Part shown: piece by piece, positions 40,814 to 51,570 of the stretch | Layout: every line of letters starts with the position of its first letter | Position numbering within the stretch: the stretch's first letter is position 1 | Source of the DNA: Acinetobacter phage vB_AbaSI_3 | Reading direction: 5' to 3' (one strand) | Sequence record: PQ382034.1 | Length of the DNA stretch: 64,000 nt | Translations under genes and position numbers: made by a program | The notes under the pieces: model-generated | Seen by the model: the letters and a program-made list of their open reading frames with translations, nothing else | The model's database searches: none | What the model was told of the DNA's origin: nothing

Positions 40814-41681
40814 AATCCTTTAATGTTTTAAGATTTGGGTTGATCGTAAGAATTGACAATGGATATTCATCACGAGCTAATTGTTCTTTAACTTGCTCTA
40901 TATGATTTTTGTAAATGTGAACATCGCCAAATTGCCCTGTCAAATATCGTGGAGTTTTTCCGAGAATTTGTCCAAGAATACACAATAGAGTTGCATATGA
41001 TGCAATATTAAATGGGCAACCCAAGAAGACGTCGAGACTTCTCTGCGACCAGATCATATCAATATAATCACCTGAAATATTGATTTGGAACCCAACATGA
41101 CATGGCGGCAAAATGGGTTTGTCGATATCATATTCTTCAGTGTCAGATTTAACATCATGTTCCCAAATTAACTGTGGGTTCCATGCATAAACTAACAAAC
41201 GACGAGAACCAGGATTTGTTTGGGCTTCTTTGATCATTTCAGCGAGCTGATCGACTTTAGGCAAGTTATGGTAATATGTGCCACCAAAATCTTGCTCAAC
41301 ATAAACACCATTTAGCCCATAACGTCGCCATTGGGTTCCATAAATGAGGCCACAATATCCATCTTTATACCCAAGTTGCTTGCCTTGAACATTGTAGTTG
41401 TCATCCCAAATAGTTTTCTTTTCAGTGTTGAATCGATTTTCTTCACCATGTGTCAATGCACGAAGATCATTGAGATTATCTGAACCGCGAATAAACCAAA
41501 GTAATTCTGCGATCATGGCTTTAAATGCAAGCTTTTTAGTTGTAACCGCTGGAAATCCTTTACGCATGTCAAATTTAATTTGTTCGCCAAACAAAGCTAT
41601 AGTACCGACGCCTGTTCGTTCATTTGTAACTTCTTCGCCTTCATCAAGGACTTTTTGCAATAAATCGTGATATGCTTTCAT
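40734..41681 (-). CDS. td: Thymidylate synthase (no intron)
   Basis: 315 aa. MKAYHDLLQKVLDEGE...RTGTGT-like N-terminus. The C-terminus ends IKAPMAV. Confidence 0.92.
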   Translation of the reverse strand: MKAYHDLLQKVLDEGEEVTNERTGVGTIALFGEQIKFDMRKGFPAVTTKKLAFKAMIAELLWFIRGSDNLNDLRALTHGEENRFNTEKKTIWDDNYNVQGKQLGYKDGYCGLIYGTQWRRYGLNGVYVEQDFGGTYYHNLPKVDQLAEMIKEAQTNPGSRRLLVYAWNPQLIWEHDVKSDTEEYDIDKPILPPCHVGFQINISGDYIDMIWSQRSLDVFLGCPFNIASYATLLCILGQILGKTPRYLTGQFGDVHIYKNHIEQVKEQLARDEYPLSILTINPNLKTLKDFETATVHDFNLIGYKHHEAIKAPMAV

Positions 41682-41721
41682 ATGATCTCCTTCCTAATAT
41701 GTCAATTATATACTAGAACGC

Positions 41722-41958
41722 TTATAAGCATTCTAGCAGGTCTAAACCATTTATAAGTGATGTTTGATTGATCACTGCTTGATCCATCGTAGACATATTA
41801 GTTACAATGTACCACGGTGTTGTAGATTTGTATGGATGCTTGCCGACCTTGTGTGAGATTTTAATTTGATCTCCTCGTCGAACATCTTCGAAAAATTTAG
41901 CTTTGGTTTTACGCTTAATTTTAACTACCGTAATAGTTTTGCTTAATTCAAAATCCAT
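41722..41958 (-). CDS. Hypothetical small protein
   Basis: 78-aa ORF. Confidence 0.3.
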   Translation of the reverse strand: MDFELSKTITVVKIKRKTKAKFFEDVRRGDQIKISHKVGKHPYKSTTPWYIVTNMSTMDQAVINQTSLINGLDLLECL

Positions 41959-42494
41959 GGCTTTAACTCATTGTTAATTAATACATTTTCGGTAATTGAA
42001 GTTGTTTCATCGATTCGATACCAATGGCGTTCTACTTGTTCACCATAATACCAAATATCGTTGATGAATTCTTCATCCAGTGTTTGTGTTACTTCTGTAC
42101 CTTGCATACGATCATATGAAATATCTGTATGAATAATTCGTGAAGCATACGGGATAGCCTGTTTAAGCAATGCAACTCCACCAATCACCGAGTAATGTTG
42201 CTCGCTATTTTTCCAGAGCTCTAATTCTTCCTCTAGATTGTCAGGTGACACATAATAGTCGGCCAATGATCCATTTTTGCATTTAGGCAAAGGGCGCGTG
42301 TTATCACTAACAACAATGTGCTTACGATCTGGCAGTGGAGCACGTAATGATTGGAATGTCTTTGCTCCCATGACTAACGTAGTGCCTAGTGTTCGCGCTT
42401 TAAAATTTTTAAAGTCTTGAGTAATGCGTGGCCATGGCATCCCATCATGAGAACCAAATTCATTTCGAGCGTGAGCAAATACTAATTGAATCAT
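41943..42494 (-). CDS. frd: Dihydrofolate reductase
   Basis: Starts at MIQLVFA. DHFR N-terminal signature. LVMGAKTFQSL. Confidence 0.8.
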   Translation of the reverse strand: MIQLVFAHARNEFGSHDGMPWPRITQDFKNFKARTLGTTLVMGAKTFQSLRAPLPDRKHIVVSDNTRPLPKCKNGSLADYYVSPDNLEEELELWKNSEQHYSVIGGVALLKQAIPYASRIIHTDISYDRMQGTEVTQTLDEEFINDIWYYGEQVERHWYRIDETTSITENVLINNELKPWILN

Positions 42495-42496
42495 TT

Positions 42497-42808
42497 TTAC
42501 ATATCCACTAAAGTGATGTATCCACGTTTCTCTTCGATATGAGAAAAGAAACACCATACCAAATCGCTAATAGGACAATCTTCGATATGGTAATACTCAT
42601 TAGTTGCCATATCGACAATAGCTATAGCGTCAGCTTTGCCAAAGTTCTCTTCAACTTCTACAATTTTGAATTTTGCGCCTGGCTTAAAAATTGGCATGCG
42701 TTCACAGATTTCTGGGTTGCCTTTAATTTTAGTCCAGGCTTCAGTGACTTCGTAAATATTTCCGACTTCAATCATTAGAGGAACTTCCGAGATAAGTGTA
42801 CATGGCAT
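42497..42808 (-). CDS. Hypothetical protein (frd.x-like)
   Basis: 103-aa ORF. Confidence 0.35.
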   Translation of the reverse strand: MPCTLISEVPLMIEVGNIYEVTEAWTKIKGNPEICERMPIFKPGAKFKIVEVEENFGKADAIAIVDMATNEYYHIEDCPISDLVWCFFSHIEEKRGYITLVDM

Positions 42809-43131
42809 GGAGTCAAATTCGATCCACGTTTCTTTATGGTGACTTTAGCATACTTTTCACTAAATTCACATGTGGTGTATTCACAAGAATATTTCTTGTT
42901 AAAATTATGTCCTTTAATTTTTGGGAACATTTTAATGCACCATAAAACTTTCAAAGACTTAGGCACTAACTTCAGTAAAATAAATTTGCGAATTACGCCA
43001 TGATTAAGTGCTAATTGGAATTCTTCGAACCATCTAACACAGTCTTTGTACAATTCATCTTTAACTGTCGGAAGTACCGTAGGGCGCATTGACGTGATTG
43101 CATCATTAATAGCTTTTTCATGTTCGTTCAT
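42775..43131 (-). CDS. Hypothetical protein
   Basis: 118-aa ORF. Confidence 0.35.
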   Translation of the reverse strand: MNEHEKAINDAITSMRPTVLPTVKDELYKDCVRWFEEFQLALNHGVIRKFILLKLVPKSLKVLWCIKMFPKIKGHNFNKKYSCEYTTCEFSEKYAKVTIKKRGSNLTPCHVHLSRKFL

Positions 43132-43547
43132 GATAATTCCTTCATATTCAAGTTGTTAAAACTATTATAACATGTTTGAAGTTCATTGTAAACTAATTTA
43201 TCAAAATCTTTTAATAAATTTTCGACCTTAAATTTTGCTACAACTTGTATGGTGTGCAAGGGCTGTTTAGAACGCCGAAGCATCAACTCATGATTTGACA
43301 CTCTACTAAATGCCCACAAATCATTTAACGTCCTATCATATGCTACAACGTCATATACTACTAGATAATCATATCTCCCTGGAGCAAACTTAGAATTATT
43401 AAACATGCCATCTGCAACACGTTTTAAGAAATCTAAATTGTCTGTGAACCATTTGAAGTTTCCACGCCACGCCAAAGGGAATTCCTCCGAAACCGCGTCA
43501 AATTCTTCTTTACACATCAGCCTATACAAGCGCATCAAAGCCTCCAA
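43128..43547 (-). CDS. Hypothetical protein
   Basis: 139-aa ORF. Confidence 0.35.
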   Translation of the reverse strand: MEALMRLYRLMCKEEFDAVSEEFPLAWRGNFKWFTDNLDFLKRVADGMFNNSKFAPGRYDYLVVYDVVAYDRTLNDLWAFSRVSNHELMLRRSKQPLHTIQVVAKFKVENLLKDFDKLVYNELQTCYNSFNNLNMKELS

Positions 43548-43737
43548 AATAAGCCCTCACACTGTTATCATTATTAAGGTACGATAAATCTACATTAAAA
43601 TCACGGACAATTAATTCATTATTACGTAGGACGTCTCTGAGAACTTTTAGACCTGTTATTTGAATAAACATAGTTTTCTCGCTTTTGAGTATAGATCCTA
43701 TTATATACAAAAACCTTTGATACGTAAATAGCGTGCA

Positions 43738-43770
43738 ACAAAAAAGAGAGCCGAAGCTCTCTTAAATTAT
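43738..43770 (-). terminator. Terminator after gp32 (minus strand), possibly bidirectional
   Basis: agagagc-ttcg-gctctct flanked by an A-run and a T-run. Confidence 0.8.
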
Positions 43771-43781
43771 TTGTTTAGAAA

Positions 43782-44708
43782 TTAAAGGCCGTTTAAAAGA
43801 TCATTTAATTCTGGGTCTTCTGCTTTTACTTCAGACTGAACTGGTTCAGGAGCAGCCTGTGAAGTTGTATCGGTTGCAGCATATTGAGCCATTTGTTTTT
43901 CAAAATCTTCCAATTCGCTTGCTACTGCATCAGCATTTTTAGAAGCTTCAGCGGCTGCACCACCAAGAGCTGCTGTACCCATTACACGATTGAATGATTC
44001 TAAGTTCTTTTCAAAACTGTTGAATTTATCTTTTGCAATGATTGAATCAATATCGAACATGTCTTCAATCAATTTTGCTTGATAAGCTTCATCATCAATG
44101 TTAGGAATCGGCGATTGTTTTTGGAACTTACAGTCATCATAGTTACTGAAGCCTGATACTTTCTTCACTTTCATAATGAAGTTAGCACCATCGTAAGGAC
44201 AAGTAACATCAACTGGAACTTCGCCAATATCGGTATCGACTTCAACCATAGAATTGATTTTATCCATGATTTTTTGACCGAAACGATATTTGAATACTTT
44301 ACCTTCATTTTCTGGGTGGGCTGGGTCTTTAATAACTAAGATATTAGACCAGAAAGAAGATTTACGTTTAAGTTTACCGTACAACGCATTGTCAGTGTTG
44401 TACAAATCATTTTCACTGATGTATTTACATACTGGACATTCATCGAATTTGCCGTGTGTAGAAGTACAATTTTCGATGTACCATTTTGAACCGATTTTGA
44501 AGCCATGATTAATCAATTTGACAAATGGCATAGATTCAGGAGTTTTACCAGGCAAGAAACGAATTACTGCAGAACCATTGCCGGCGGTGTCGAGAGTTAA
44601 TTTCCATTCACGACCATCTGCTTCATTAAAACTAGAACCACCTTTAAGTTCTTGTAATTGAGCAGCTAATTGAGATGGATCACGACGAGTAAACATTGCA
44701 GTTGACAT
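43782..44708 (-). CDS. 32: Single-stranded DNA-binding protein gp32
   Basis: 308 aa. Strong recalled match to T4 gp32 (zinc-binding CPVCKYISENDLYNTDN, KVFKYRFGQKI, an acidic C-terminus). Confidence 0.95.
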   Translation of the reverse strand: MSTAMFTRRDPSQLAAQLQELKGGSSFNEADGREWKLTLDTAGNGSAVIRFLPGKTPESMPFVKLINHGFKIGSKWYIENCTSTHGKFDECPVCKYISENDLYNTDNALYGKLKRKSSFWSNILVIKDPAHPENEGKVFKYRFGQKIMDKINSMVEVDTDIGEVPVDVTCPYDGANFIMKVKKVSGFSNYDDCKFQKQSPIPNIDDEAYQAKLIEDMFDIDSIIAKDKFNSFEKNLESFNRVMGTAALGGAAAEASKNADAVASELEDFEKQMAQYAATDTTSQAAPEPVQSEVKAEDPELNDLLNGL

Positions 44709-44837
44709 ATATTTTCCTTAAGATTAACAGTTGGTGATGTACCGTGTTTATTAAACTCTTATAAATTGTACACCTAAAATATAAGAGAGATTAACTTATA
44801 TCAAATGATTTAAAGCAATTGATATAATTATTTATAC

Positions 44838-45488
44838 TCAAAATTTTGCAGCCTTTATTGCTGATATAAACTTCGCCTTACATTCATCTGAAGACACAAT
44901 GAAAATTTTTCTGTATGCTTTGAGGCGCACAGAATATGATGACCAGATGATGTTGTCATGTTTGTCATGTTCCTCAATTACATTGAGGAAGCTATCAAGC
45001 ATAATAAAGGTTTCAAAAGAAATAATTCCACTTTGAAGGAGCTTAAAAATATATGAAGATTGGATAGATTCATTATAAACAAAAATATCATTAAGCGTCT
45101 TAACATTTACCTTTTGTGAAAAATAATAAATGTTCTTGACGTCATCTTCATAACGTGTCATAACTGTTCGCAATCGAGCAAGATACGTTTTGTAAAAATT
45201 GACTGCATCGGAATCACTGATTTCTCCAATCCAAGCATCTTGGTTAGCTACTAAGTTACTTATGAAGATCAGACACAATTCCTTCAAAGTGAATTTTTCA
45301 GACAATTTCTCAAAAAAGAACTTGTCTTTCCTCTTGGCGTATGATGCATCAGAAACTTTCATACGCCAATTGGATTTAATTACACAACGTCTGCCATTAA
45401 AATGGTTTTTCAGCTGGAGGTACAAGTTATATACGCTCTTTGCATCAATGCGAATGTTATTGTTTGGAGGCAACAACAATTTAACCAT
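44838..45488 (-). CDS. 59: Helicase loader gp59
   Basis: 216 aa (T4 gp59 is 217 aa). Long colinear match recalled (FISNLVANQDAWIG, SSYIFKLLQS.IISFETFI.LDSFLN). Confidence 0.9.
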   Translation of the reverse strand: MVKLLLPPNNNIRIDAKSVYNLYLQLKNHFNGRRCVIKSNWRMKVSDASYAKRKDKFFFEKLSEKFTLKELCLIFISNLVANQDAWIGEISDSDAVNFYKTYLARLRTVMTRYEDDVKNIYYFSQKVNVKTLNDIFVYNESIQSSYIFKLLQSGIISFETFIMLDSFLNVIEEHDKHDNIIWSSYSVRLKAYRKIFIVSSDECKAKFISAIKAAKF

Positions 45489-45780
45489 ATAAGAAATCTA
45501 ATGTAGAGTACGTGTTTTGTTTAGCTATAGAAGGCTTTAACATGTTGTCTTCTAATGCCTCAGTCTTAAGGCGTTCAATAATAGTTTCAGGAATATACTT
45601 AGCAAACTGATTTTCAGGAATGCTTCGCTCTTCCATCCACCATGTTACTGCTTCAAGATATGTTAAACATTCAGTTCTAACAAGCTCTGCAATTTCATGG
45701 GCAGTAGTTTGTTTGTCATAGGCTGCGGCAGATTTCTGTTGAAGAACATCCACTAATTCATTATTTTCTAAAGACTGCAT
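45481..45780 (-). CDS. 33: Late transcription co-activator gp33
   Basis: 99 aa. Position between gp59 and dsbA. Confidence 0.5.
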   Translation of the reverse strand: MQSLENNELVDVLQQKSAAAYDKQTTAHEIAELVRTECLTYLEAVTWWMEERSIPENQFAKYIPETIIERLKTEALEDNMLKPSIAKQNTYSTLDFLYG

Positions 45781-46027
45781 CGTACTTCTCTAATAATTCT
45801 TCGTTTTCTGATTCAAGTTTTTCGCGCTCATCTTTGTGGAAGATTCGAAGCATTTGATTAAAATCTTTACCAGATACGCCGAGTTCTTCACATGCCGTTT
45901 TACGAATTTCACGAATGGCTTCATTTGCACCTTCGATGATTGCTTTATGATCCGAACACTGTTTAATGCAGTGTTTTAACTGTTCGCCGTGAATAGCTGC
46001 ATTAAATTCAACTTTCTCTTTAGCCAT
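45761..46027 (-). CDS. dsbA: dsDNA-binding protein DsbA (late transcription enhancer)
   Basis: 88 aa. Recalled match to T4 DsbA (MAK...EFDxAIHGE...SDHK). Confidence 0.8.
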   Translation of the reverse strand: MAKEKVEFNAAIHGEQLKHCIKQCSDHKAIIEGANEAIREIRKTACEELGVSGKDFNQMLRIFHKDEREKLESENEELLEKYDAVFRK

Positions 46028-46085
46028 TTCAATTACCTCTTAAGTATTTGGTATGAGTATATTTTAATATAAGAAACATAAAGCA

Positions 46086-46316
46086 TTAAACTTTATGTTT
46101 CATTTCCATTTCTTGGCGATGGCGACAGACATCAGGTGCTCTGCCATAAGGCGCATCTTTAAAATGTTGGTACATGTCTTCCATAATAGGAAAATCACGA
46201 GACATCCACTGAGTGTACTCATTAAAGTACGCACGATGTATCCACGCTCGTTTTAATTCATCTTCTAGGACCCACCAAGCAAAGCCATAGAATAATTTCT
46301 TAACAAATTTTTTCAT
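46086..46316 (-). CDS. Hypothetical small protein
   Basis: 76-aa ORF. Confidence 0.3.
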   Translation of the reverse strand: MKKFVKKLFYGFAWWVLEDELKRAWIHRAYFNEYTQWMSRDFPIMEDMYQHFKDAPYGRAPDVCRHRQEMEMKHKV

Positions 46317-46323
46317 GTTTATC

Positions 46324-47406
46324 TCAGAACCCGTTAAGGTCCTTTAGCAATTTTGTCAATTGATTTTTGACAAGATATGGATAGATTTTGCCGCGAGGAG
46401 CAGGTTTGTATTCTTTATAATGATTGATGATAGATTCACGAATATCGTCTCGAATATAATCAAAATCGATTAAAATACGATTACGTTTGAAACGATGGAA
46501 TTGCAAATCTGCGATTTGCTTTGCCATTGCCATGGCATCAGTTCTATATTGTTCAAGAATTTCACCATCTTCATCTTCAATTTGAACACCTTGGAGTTTG
46601 AGTAATTTGTGACATTCAGCCACACCTGTTTTTTTATTTTTAGCCTTTTTCATGATTTCTTCAGTTAAAGCTTCATAAACTTCATCATCCGATTTGCCGA
46701 CTAATTTTGTAACAAATGCTGCAGTTGTAGATGGAGTGCGTTCGTCTTCTTCATAATTTAACCAGAAGTCGCCACGAACTTTGATAGATGCTACACAGTC
46801 TTTGCGATCGCCTTTGAGAACTTTTGTTAAACAATCTTCTTGTGGCGAGCCAGTTTTGACTTTAACAAATTTTTTCTGAATAGGAGAATATTGATCTACG
46901 TCTTCAAGTTTATGTAACTGTGTAAAGTCGCCATCTGATGAAATGATACGAACTTTATACCCTTGTTTTGATAAATAAGATGACAAGACTGCAATACAAT
47001 CATCGGCCTCACAATGGCGAACATCAACTACAACCCAAGGCATGTTGTCTTTAAGTTCTTGAATTACAATACCAAGTGCATTAAAATAACCATCCCAGTC
47101 AAATGATTCTGCTTCCTTAGCTGCGTCACGTGCTATCGCACGGTTTCGTTTGTAATAATCTTCTTCTTGACGACGCCAATAGCCATAACGTGCATTATCA
47201 ATAGCGATAATAACATGGTCATACCCATCAGATTTAAATTTCAATGCATTATGTTTAATTGTCGACAAAACTAACTGACGAACAATTGGAACAGTGAACT
47301 TCATACCTGGTTCATATGTAACTGCCACAGTGGCTAAAGCGATTTGTGACAAATCGATAAGTAAAGCACCTGGCTTATCCTCACCGTAAAAATGGTCTAA
47401 ACTCAT
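46324..47406 (-). CDS. rnh: RNase H / 5'-3' flap exonuclease
   Basis: Starts at MSLDHF with RBS AAGGA. LIDLSQIAL and SSDGDFTQLHK match T4 RNase H. About 55 aa longer than the T4 protein because of internal insertions. Confidence 0.85.
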   Translation of the reverse strand: MSLDHFYGEDKPGALLIDLSQIALATVAVTYEPGMKFTVPIVRQLVLSTIKHNALKFKSDGYDHVIIAIDNARYGYWRRQEEDYYKRNRAIARDAAKEAESFDWDGYFNALGIVIQELKDNMPWVVVDVRHCEADDCIAVLSSYLSKQGYKVRIISSDGDFTQLHKLEDVDQYSPIQKKFVKVKTGSPQEDCLTKVLKGDRKDCVASIKVRGDFWLNYEEDERTPSTTAAFVTKLVGKSDDEVYEALTEEIMKKAKNKKTGVAECHKLLKLQGVQIEDEDGEILEQYRTDAMAMAKQIADLQFHRFKRNRILIDFDYIRDDIRESIINHYKEYKPAPRGKIYPYLVKNQLTKLLKDLNGF

Positions 47407-47460
47407 ACTACTATCCTTCTGATAAATCAAATACATCTAAAACATTCAAATTCAGTCTAT

Positions 47461-47532
47461 TCCGACCAAAGAAATATAATTAGAGCGGTGAACCGGTAGA
47501 ACCATTATAACATCAAAATTTTGAGTTGTAAA
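47461..47532 (-). repeat. Copy B of the roughly 62-bp promoter/leader element, with a near-consensus sigma70 promoter TTTACA-17-TGtTATAAT driving rnh
   Basis: The 34-bp core is identical to copy A (47476..47509 matches 16521..16554), plus the flanking tccgacc and catcaaaatttt. Minus strand: TTTACA (47527..47532), a 17-bp spacer, TGtTATAAT. Confidence 0.65.
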
Positions 47533-47622
47533 TGTTGCTTTAATTCAAGTGTTTAATAAATATACATAGAATCCAGAGCTCAGCTTTTAATAAATATATG
47601 ATAAGATAACAAAGGAAATCGC

Positions 47623-50600
47623 ATGTCTGAAGTAAAAACAAGTTTCCGTGCGTCATACGGTCTAGACGCGGCTGGTGAGAAAGTAATTAATGTTGCAAAG
47701 GCTGACAAAACTGTCATGACCGATGGTGTCAACGTCGAATATCTCATTCAGGAAAATACGACCCAACAATATGACCCAGAGCGTGCCTATGAAAAAGGAT
47801 TCATTATAGAATTTAATGATCGTCTCTGGATTGCAGAACAAGACATCCCTAAACCTGCAGGTAGCTTCAATGAAGGGTACTGGCGCCCAGTACGTACAGA
47901 CCCAAAGTGGAAGCCTATTGATTCTGGTAAATATCAGTTACATGTTGGTGATTATATCTCTGTAGATACGCGTGCAGGCTTAGATGTAGAACTAACATTA
48001 CCTACTAATCCTATACCACAGGAAGGCGATACAATTGTTGTAAAGGATGTCGGCGGGCAACCAGGTTACACATCGGTGTTAGTCTTTGCACCTGTGCAGT
48101 CAATTATTGACAAAGGCGTAAGTATTCCACAAAAACGAATGACTATTCCATTTTCTGAATGGACATTTGTATACACAAAGAGTCAATGGTCATTATATGA
48201 TGGCGTTGAAGCCCCAGTAGCAAGAACTGTTACTACATCTGGTCCTACTCGAATCCAATCAGGTGATACGATTCTTAGAAACTATGATAAAGTAGCTCCT
48301 ATTGTATTGACTTTTCCTAAATTTGCCAACAATGGCGACATAATTCATTTTGTAGGCATGAATGAAAATACAGTGCCTTATTATCACTTAGAGCTTAATG
48401 CATTTGATAGCAATACAAGTATTGGTTCTCCGGGTAAGTCATCGCAAATTTTCTATCGTTCGCTAAGTGGGTATTTCATTTTTAATAGCTTGACTTCAAC
48501 TTGGTATTTGTACGATTCAGATATGACAGATCGTCTTAGAACTGTTAGTACTGATACTGAGATTTTCCCGAATGAAACTGTAGCAGTAGTAGGCAAAGAT
48601 AATACTACTACACAGACTATTAAATTGACATTGCCACAAAACGTGCAACCTGGTGACCAGGTAACAATTTCATTAAATTATATTAGAAAGGGACAAACTG
48701 TTAACATCGTGCCTAAAGGCACCGATATGATTTTAACAAATCAAAATCTAACTCAGTTCCCTAAACGCTCAAGCTATCCACCTGCTGCCAATTGGGTTAA
48801 CACTAATTTATTGTCATATAACGGTTCAAACGACTACCCGCCGGTATTAACATTTGCATACATTGATATGGGACCTATCAAACAATGGCTGATGGTAAGT
48901 TGTTTGCCTGTATTAGAGCGTGTTGATCCGACAACAGATGATACTCGTACTCGTTTAGGTGTTATTGCTTTAGCAAATCAATCTCAAGCAAACTTAGACA
49001 AAGAAAATATTTCGGTTACTGCAAATCCATTAGCACGAGAAGTTGCTATCACGCCGGAAACTCTTGCCAATAGGACCGCTTTGGACAACCGTCGTGGAAT
49101 CGCAAGAATCGCAAAACAAGAAGAAGTAAACCTAACTACAGATAATGCTGCATTAGCATATGATACTATCGTTACGCCTAAGACTCTTAATGGCAAAAAG
49201 GCTACAGAAACGATGGTAGGTTTGGCAGAAATTGCTACTCAAGCCGAAACCAATAGCAACACTGACGATTCTCGTATCATCACTTCTAAGAAATTAGATG
49301 GACGACGCGCAACACCTGCTTTAGCCGGAGTCGCTAAACTTGTTGCTACAGGTGGCACTGCTCCTGTTAAAGGAGGTACAAATACTCGTGATACTGCCGG
49401 AACTGGCATTTATAATCATGCAGACTTCGAGAACATTGTTACACCTAAAACATTGAGAGAATATTATTCTACAGAAATGGCATTAGGTACAGTGTATCTT
49501 GCAAATTCTGCTGAAGTTATTTCTGGTGCAGCTACATTAGCTAAATATCCATTAGCAGTAACTCCTGAAACTTTGCACACTAAGACCGCTACCGATGGGC
49601 GTATAGGCTTTTCACAAGTGGCTAAACAAGCCGAAGTTGATGCTGGAACAGATTATTTTAAATTTGTTACACCAAAAACTTTAGCAGGAAGAATTGCACG
49701 AGAAGACTTAGCCGGTATCGCAAAATTAGCAACCCAAGGCGAATTTGACGCTGGTACAGCTGGATTAATTTCAGGCCCAGATAAAATTAAGACATTTTTC
49801 TCTCGCGCTGAAAGAACTATTGTCAATAATGCTGAAGGTTTAACACAATCTGGTAGCATTTGGACCGGGTTAAAGTTGAATATTCTTGCACCATCAGAGA
49901 CCCAACGTGGTACAGCAAGATATGCTACGCAAGATGAAACAGATAAAGGTGTTGATGCCACAACAATTGTGACTCCTGCAAAATTACATGCCAAGAAAGC
50001 CACTACAGTTGCAGAAGGTATTGTCAGAATGGCAAATACTGCTGAGACGGTAGCTGGTACTGCATATAATTTAGCAGTATCGCCTGGCAATCTAAAATAT
50101 GTTGTACAATCTGAATTGACATGGGAGGCCACACCTGAACGTAGAGGTTTCATTAAACTTTCTACAGGTTCAACAACATGGCAAGGCAACACAGTTGATG
50201 GTAATGCAAATATCAACATTGAAACTCAATTCAACAAAAATGGTATGGCTGTTTCGCCGTATGAGTTCAACCGTGTTTTGAGGAACTATTTACCTATTGG
50301 TGCTAAAGCAGTTGATTCTGATAAATTAGATGGATTGGATTCATCACAGTTTATTCGTAGAGACATTGGCCAAATTGTTAATGGCGCATTAACACTGACA
50401 CAGCCTACAACTGCAACATACATTACTGCTTCTAATGATGTATCAGTCCAAGCTCTTTTATCTGCTAATCAGATTAACGTACGAAAATCTGGAACTCCTG
50501 ATGATGCGTCTGTTACAAAGAACGCTGGTATAAATTTGTATGGCGCTCCACAAATTGCTACAGGGCGTCCGACCTACGGTATTCATTTTTCTAGTACTGG

Positions 50601-51570
50601 TGGCACAGACCCTAATGGGACACATGGCTATGGCGCCGGGACTTGGGGTACATATTTTGCTCAAAGCATCGCTAGCGCAGCTGAACAACGCGCATGGTAC
50701 TTCCAGCAGATTTTTAACGGTGCAGTTAAAAACGTTGGCTCTATCACAGCACAAGGCGATGTTTGGTTTGATGGTGTTATCAATACAGACAAAACCTTTA
50801 GAATCAAAAACAACATCATTGCTGAAAAAGATGCTGGTGGTAACTTGATTATTGGTACTCCTGATCAACAAATGTATTTCCGTTCTAAAGATGCAGGAGA
50901 TGTTAGAGTTCAAGAAGCTGTTGCAGGAACAGTATACCGTGTCGTTACGACTAAAAACTTTGTTGACGAAGGTAATAAAACTTATGTGAGAAAGACCGGC
51001 GATTCAATGACCGGACGCCTCAATATTTCTCAACCTATAACTGCTACTATCAACCAATCTGCTGCGACACCAAATGCAGTTCCAAATGCCAGCAATTTTG
51101 GTACATGGACTATTGATATAACTGATCCTGCAATATATAATACTATGCGCCCGTATGTTGTTGGAGTAAATGCAATCAATAAAGAGACAGGTGAAGTCTT
51201 GCCATGGTTTGATAAGTACGAGGAGTTTAATGGGCCTGGTACATTGTCACAATTTGGATCTTCTGCTAGTAATGGTTCTGGTACATACCAAATCTGGGCA
51301 CCACGTCCGCCAGCAGATAAAGCGAATTTACCTGGGCATATTGCTGGCACAATGTGGTCAAGACAGTGGAATCCTATTACAAATAAATGGGATGGTTGGG
51401 GTAGAATGTTTACAAACAATCATCCGCCATTGCCTACAGACATTGGCGCTATGAGCAATAATGGTTCAGTTTTTGATTCTATGAGAATTAGAGATTGGAT
51501 TCAAGTAGGTAATTTGAGAATTTATGCAGACCCATCTACAAAAACCGTTCGTTTTGATTGGATTGAATAA
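47623..51570 (+). CDS. 34: Long tail fibre proximal subunit gp34
   Basis: 1315 aa. It contains about 8 tandem repeats of roughly 40 aa (..VTPKTL/VTPETL..) typical of phage fibre repeats. Synteny. Confidence 0.85.
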   Translation: MSEVKTSFRASYGLDAAGEKVINVAKADKTVMTDGVNVEYLIQENTTQQYDPERAYEKGFIIEFNDRLWIAEQDIPKPAGSFNEGYWRPVRTDPKWKPIDSGKYQLHVGDYISVDTRAGLDVELTLPTNPIPQEGDTIVVKDVGGQPGYTSVLVFAPVQSIIDKGVSIPQKRMTIPFSEWTFVYTKSQWSLYDGVEAPVARTVTTSGPTRIQSGDTILRNYDKVAPIVLTFPKFANNGDIIHFVGMNENTVPYYHLELNAFDSNTSIGSPGKSSQIFYRSLSGYFIFNSLTSTWYLYDSDMTDRLRTVSTDTEIFPNETVAVVGKDNTTTQTIKLTLPQNVQPGDQVTISLNYIRKGQTVNIVPKGTDMILTNQNLTQFPKRSSYPPAANWVNTNLLSYNGSNDYPPVLTFAYIDMGPIKQWLMVSCLPVLERVDPTTDDTRTRLGVIALANQSQANLDKENISVTANPLAREVAITPETLANRTALDNRRGIARIAKQEEVNLTTDNAALAYDTIVTPKTLNGKKATETMVGLAEIATQAETNSNTDDSRIITSKKLDGRRATPALAGVAKLVATGGTAPVKGGTNTRDTAGTGIYNHADFENIVTPKTLREYYSTEMALGTVYLANSAEVISGAATLAKYPLAVTPETLHTKTATDGRIGFSQVAKQAEVDAGTDYFKFVTPKTLAGRIAREDLAGIAKLATQGEFDAGTAGLISGPDKIKTFFSRAERTIVNNAEGLTQSGSIWTGLKLNILAPSETQRGTARYATQDETDKGVDATTIVTPAKLHAKKATTVAEGIVRMANTAETVAGTAYNLAVSPGNLKYVVQSELTWEATPERRGFIKLSTGSTTWQGNTVDGNANINIETQFNKNGMAVSPYEFNRVLRNYLPIGAKAVDSDKLDGLDSSQFIRRDIGQIVNGALTLTQPTTATYITASNDVSVQALLSANQINVRKSGTPDDASVTKNAGINLYGAPQIATGRPTYGIHFSSTGGTDPNGTHGYGAGTWGTYFAQSIASAAEQRAWYFQQIFNGAVKNVGSITAQGDVWFDGVINTDKTFRIKNNIIAEKDAGGNLIIGTPDQQMYFRSKDAGDVRVQEAVAGTVYRVVTTKNFVDEGNKTYVRKTGDSMTGRLNISQPITATINQSAATPNAVPNASNFGTWTIDITDPAIYNTMRPYVVGVNAINKETGEVLPWFDKYEEFNGPGTLSQFGSSASNGSGTYQIWAPRPPADKANLPGHIAGTMWSRQWNPITNKWDGWGRMFTNNHPPLPTDIGAMSNNGSVFDSMRIRDWIQVGNLRIYADPSTKTVRFDWIE

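Noticed and set aside
36608-41681. Possible group I introns in nrdB or td, as in T4
   Set aside because: Both ORFs are uninterrupted and full-length (383 aa and 315 aa) with intact N- and C-terminal signatures. There are no in-frame breaks and no intron-like structured insert.
47560-47622. Late promoter for gp34
   Set aside because: Only near-matches (aataaatata) are present, with no exact TATAAATA octamer. gp34 may be transcribed from upstream, or from a variant promoter I cannot score.
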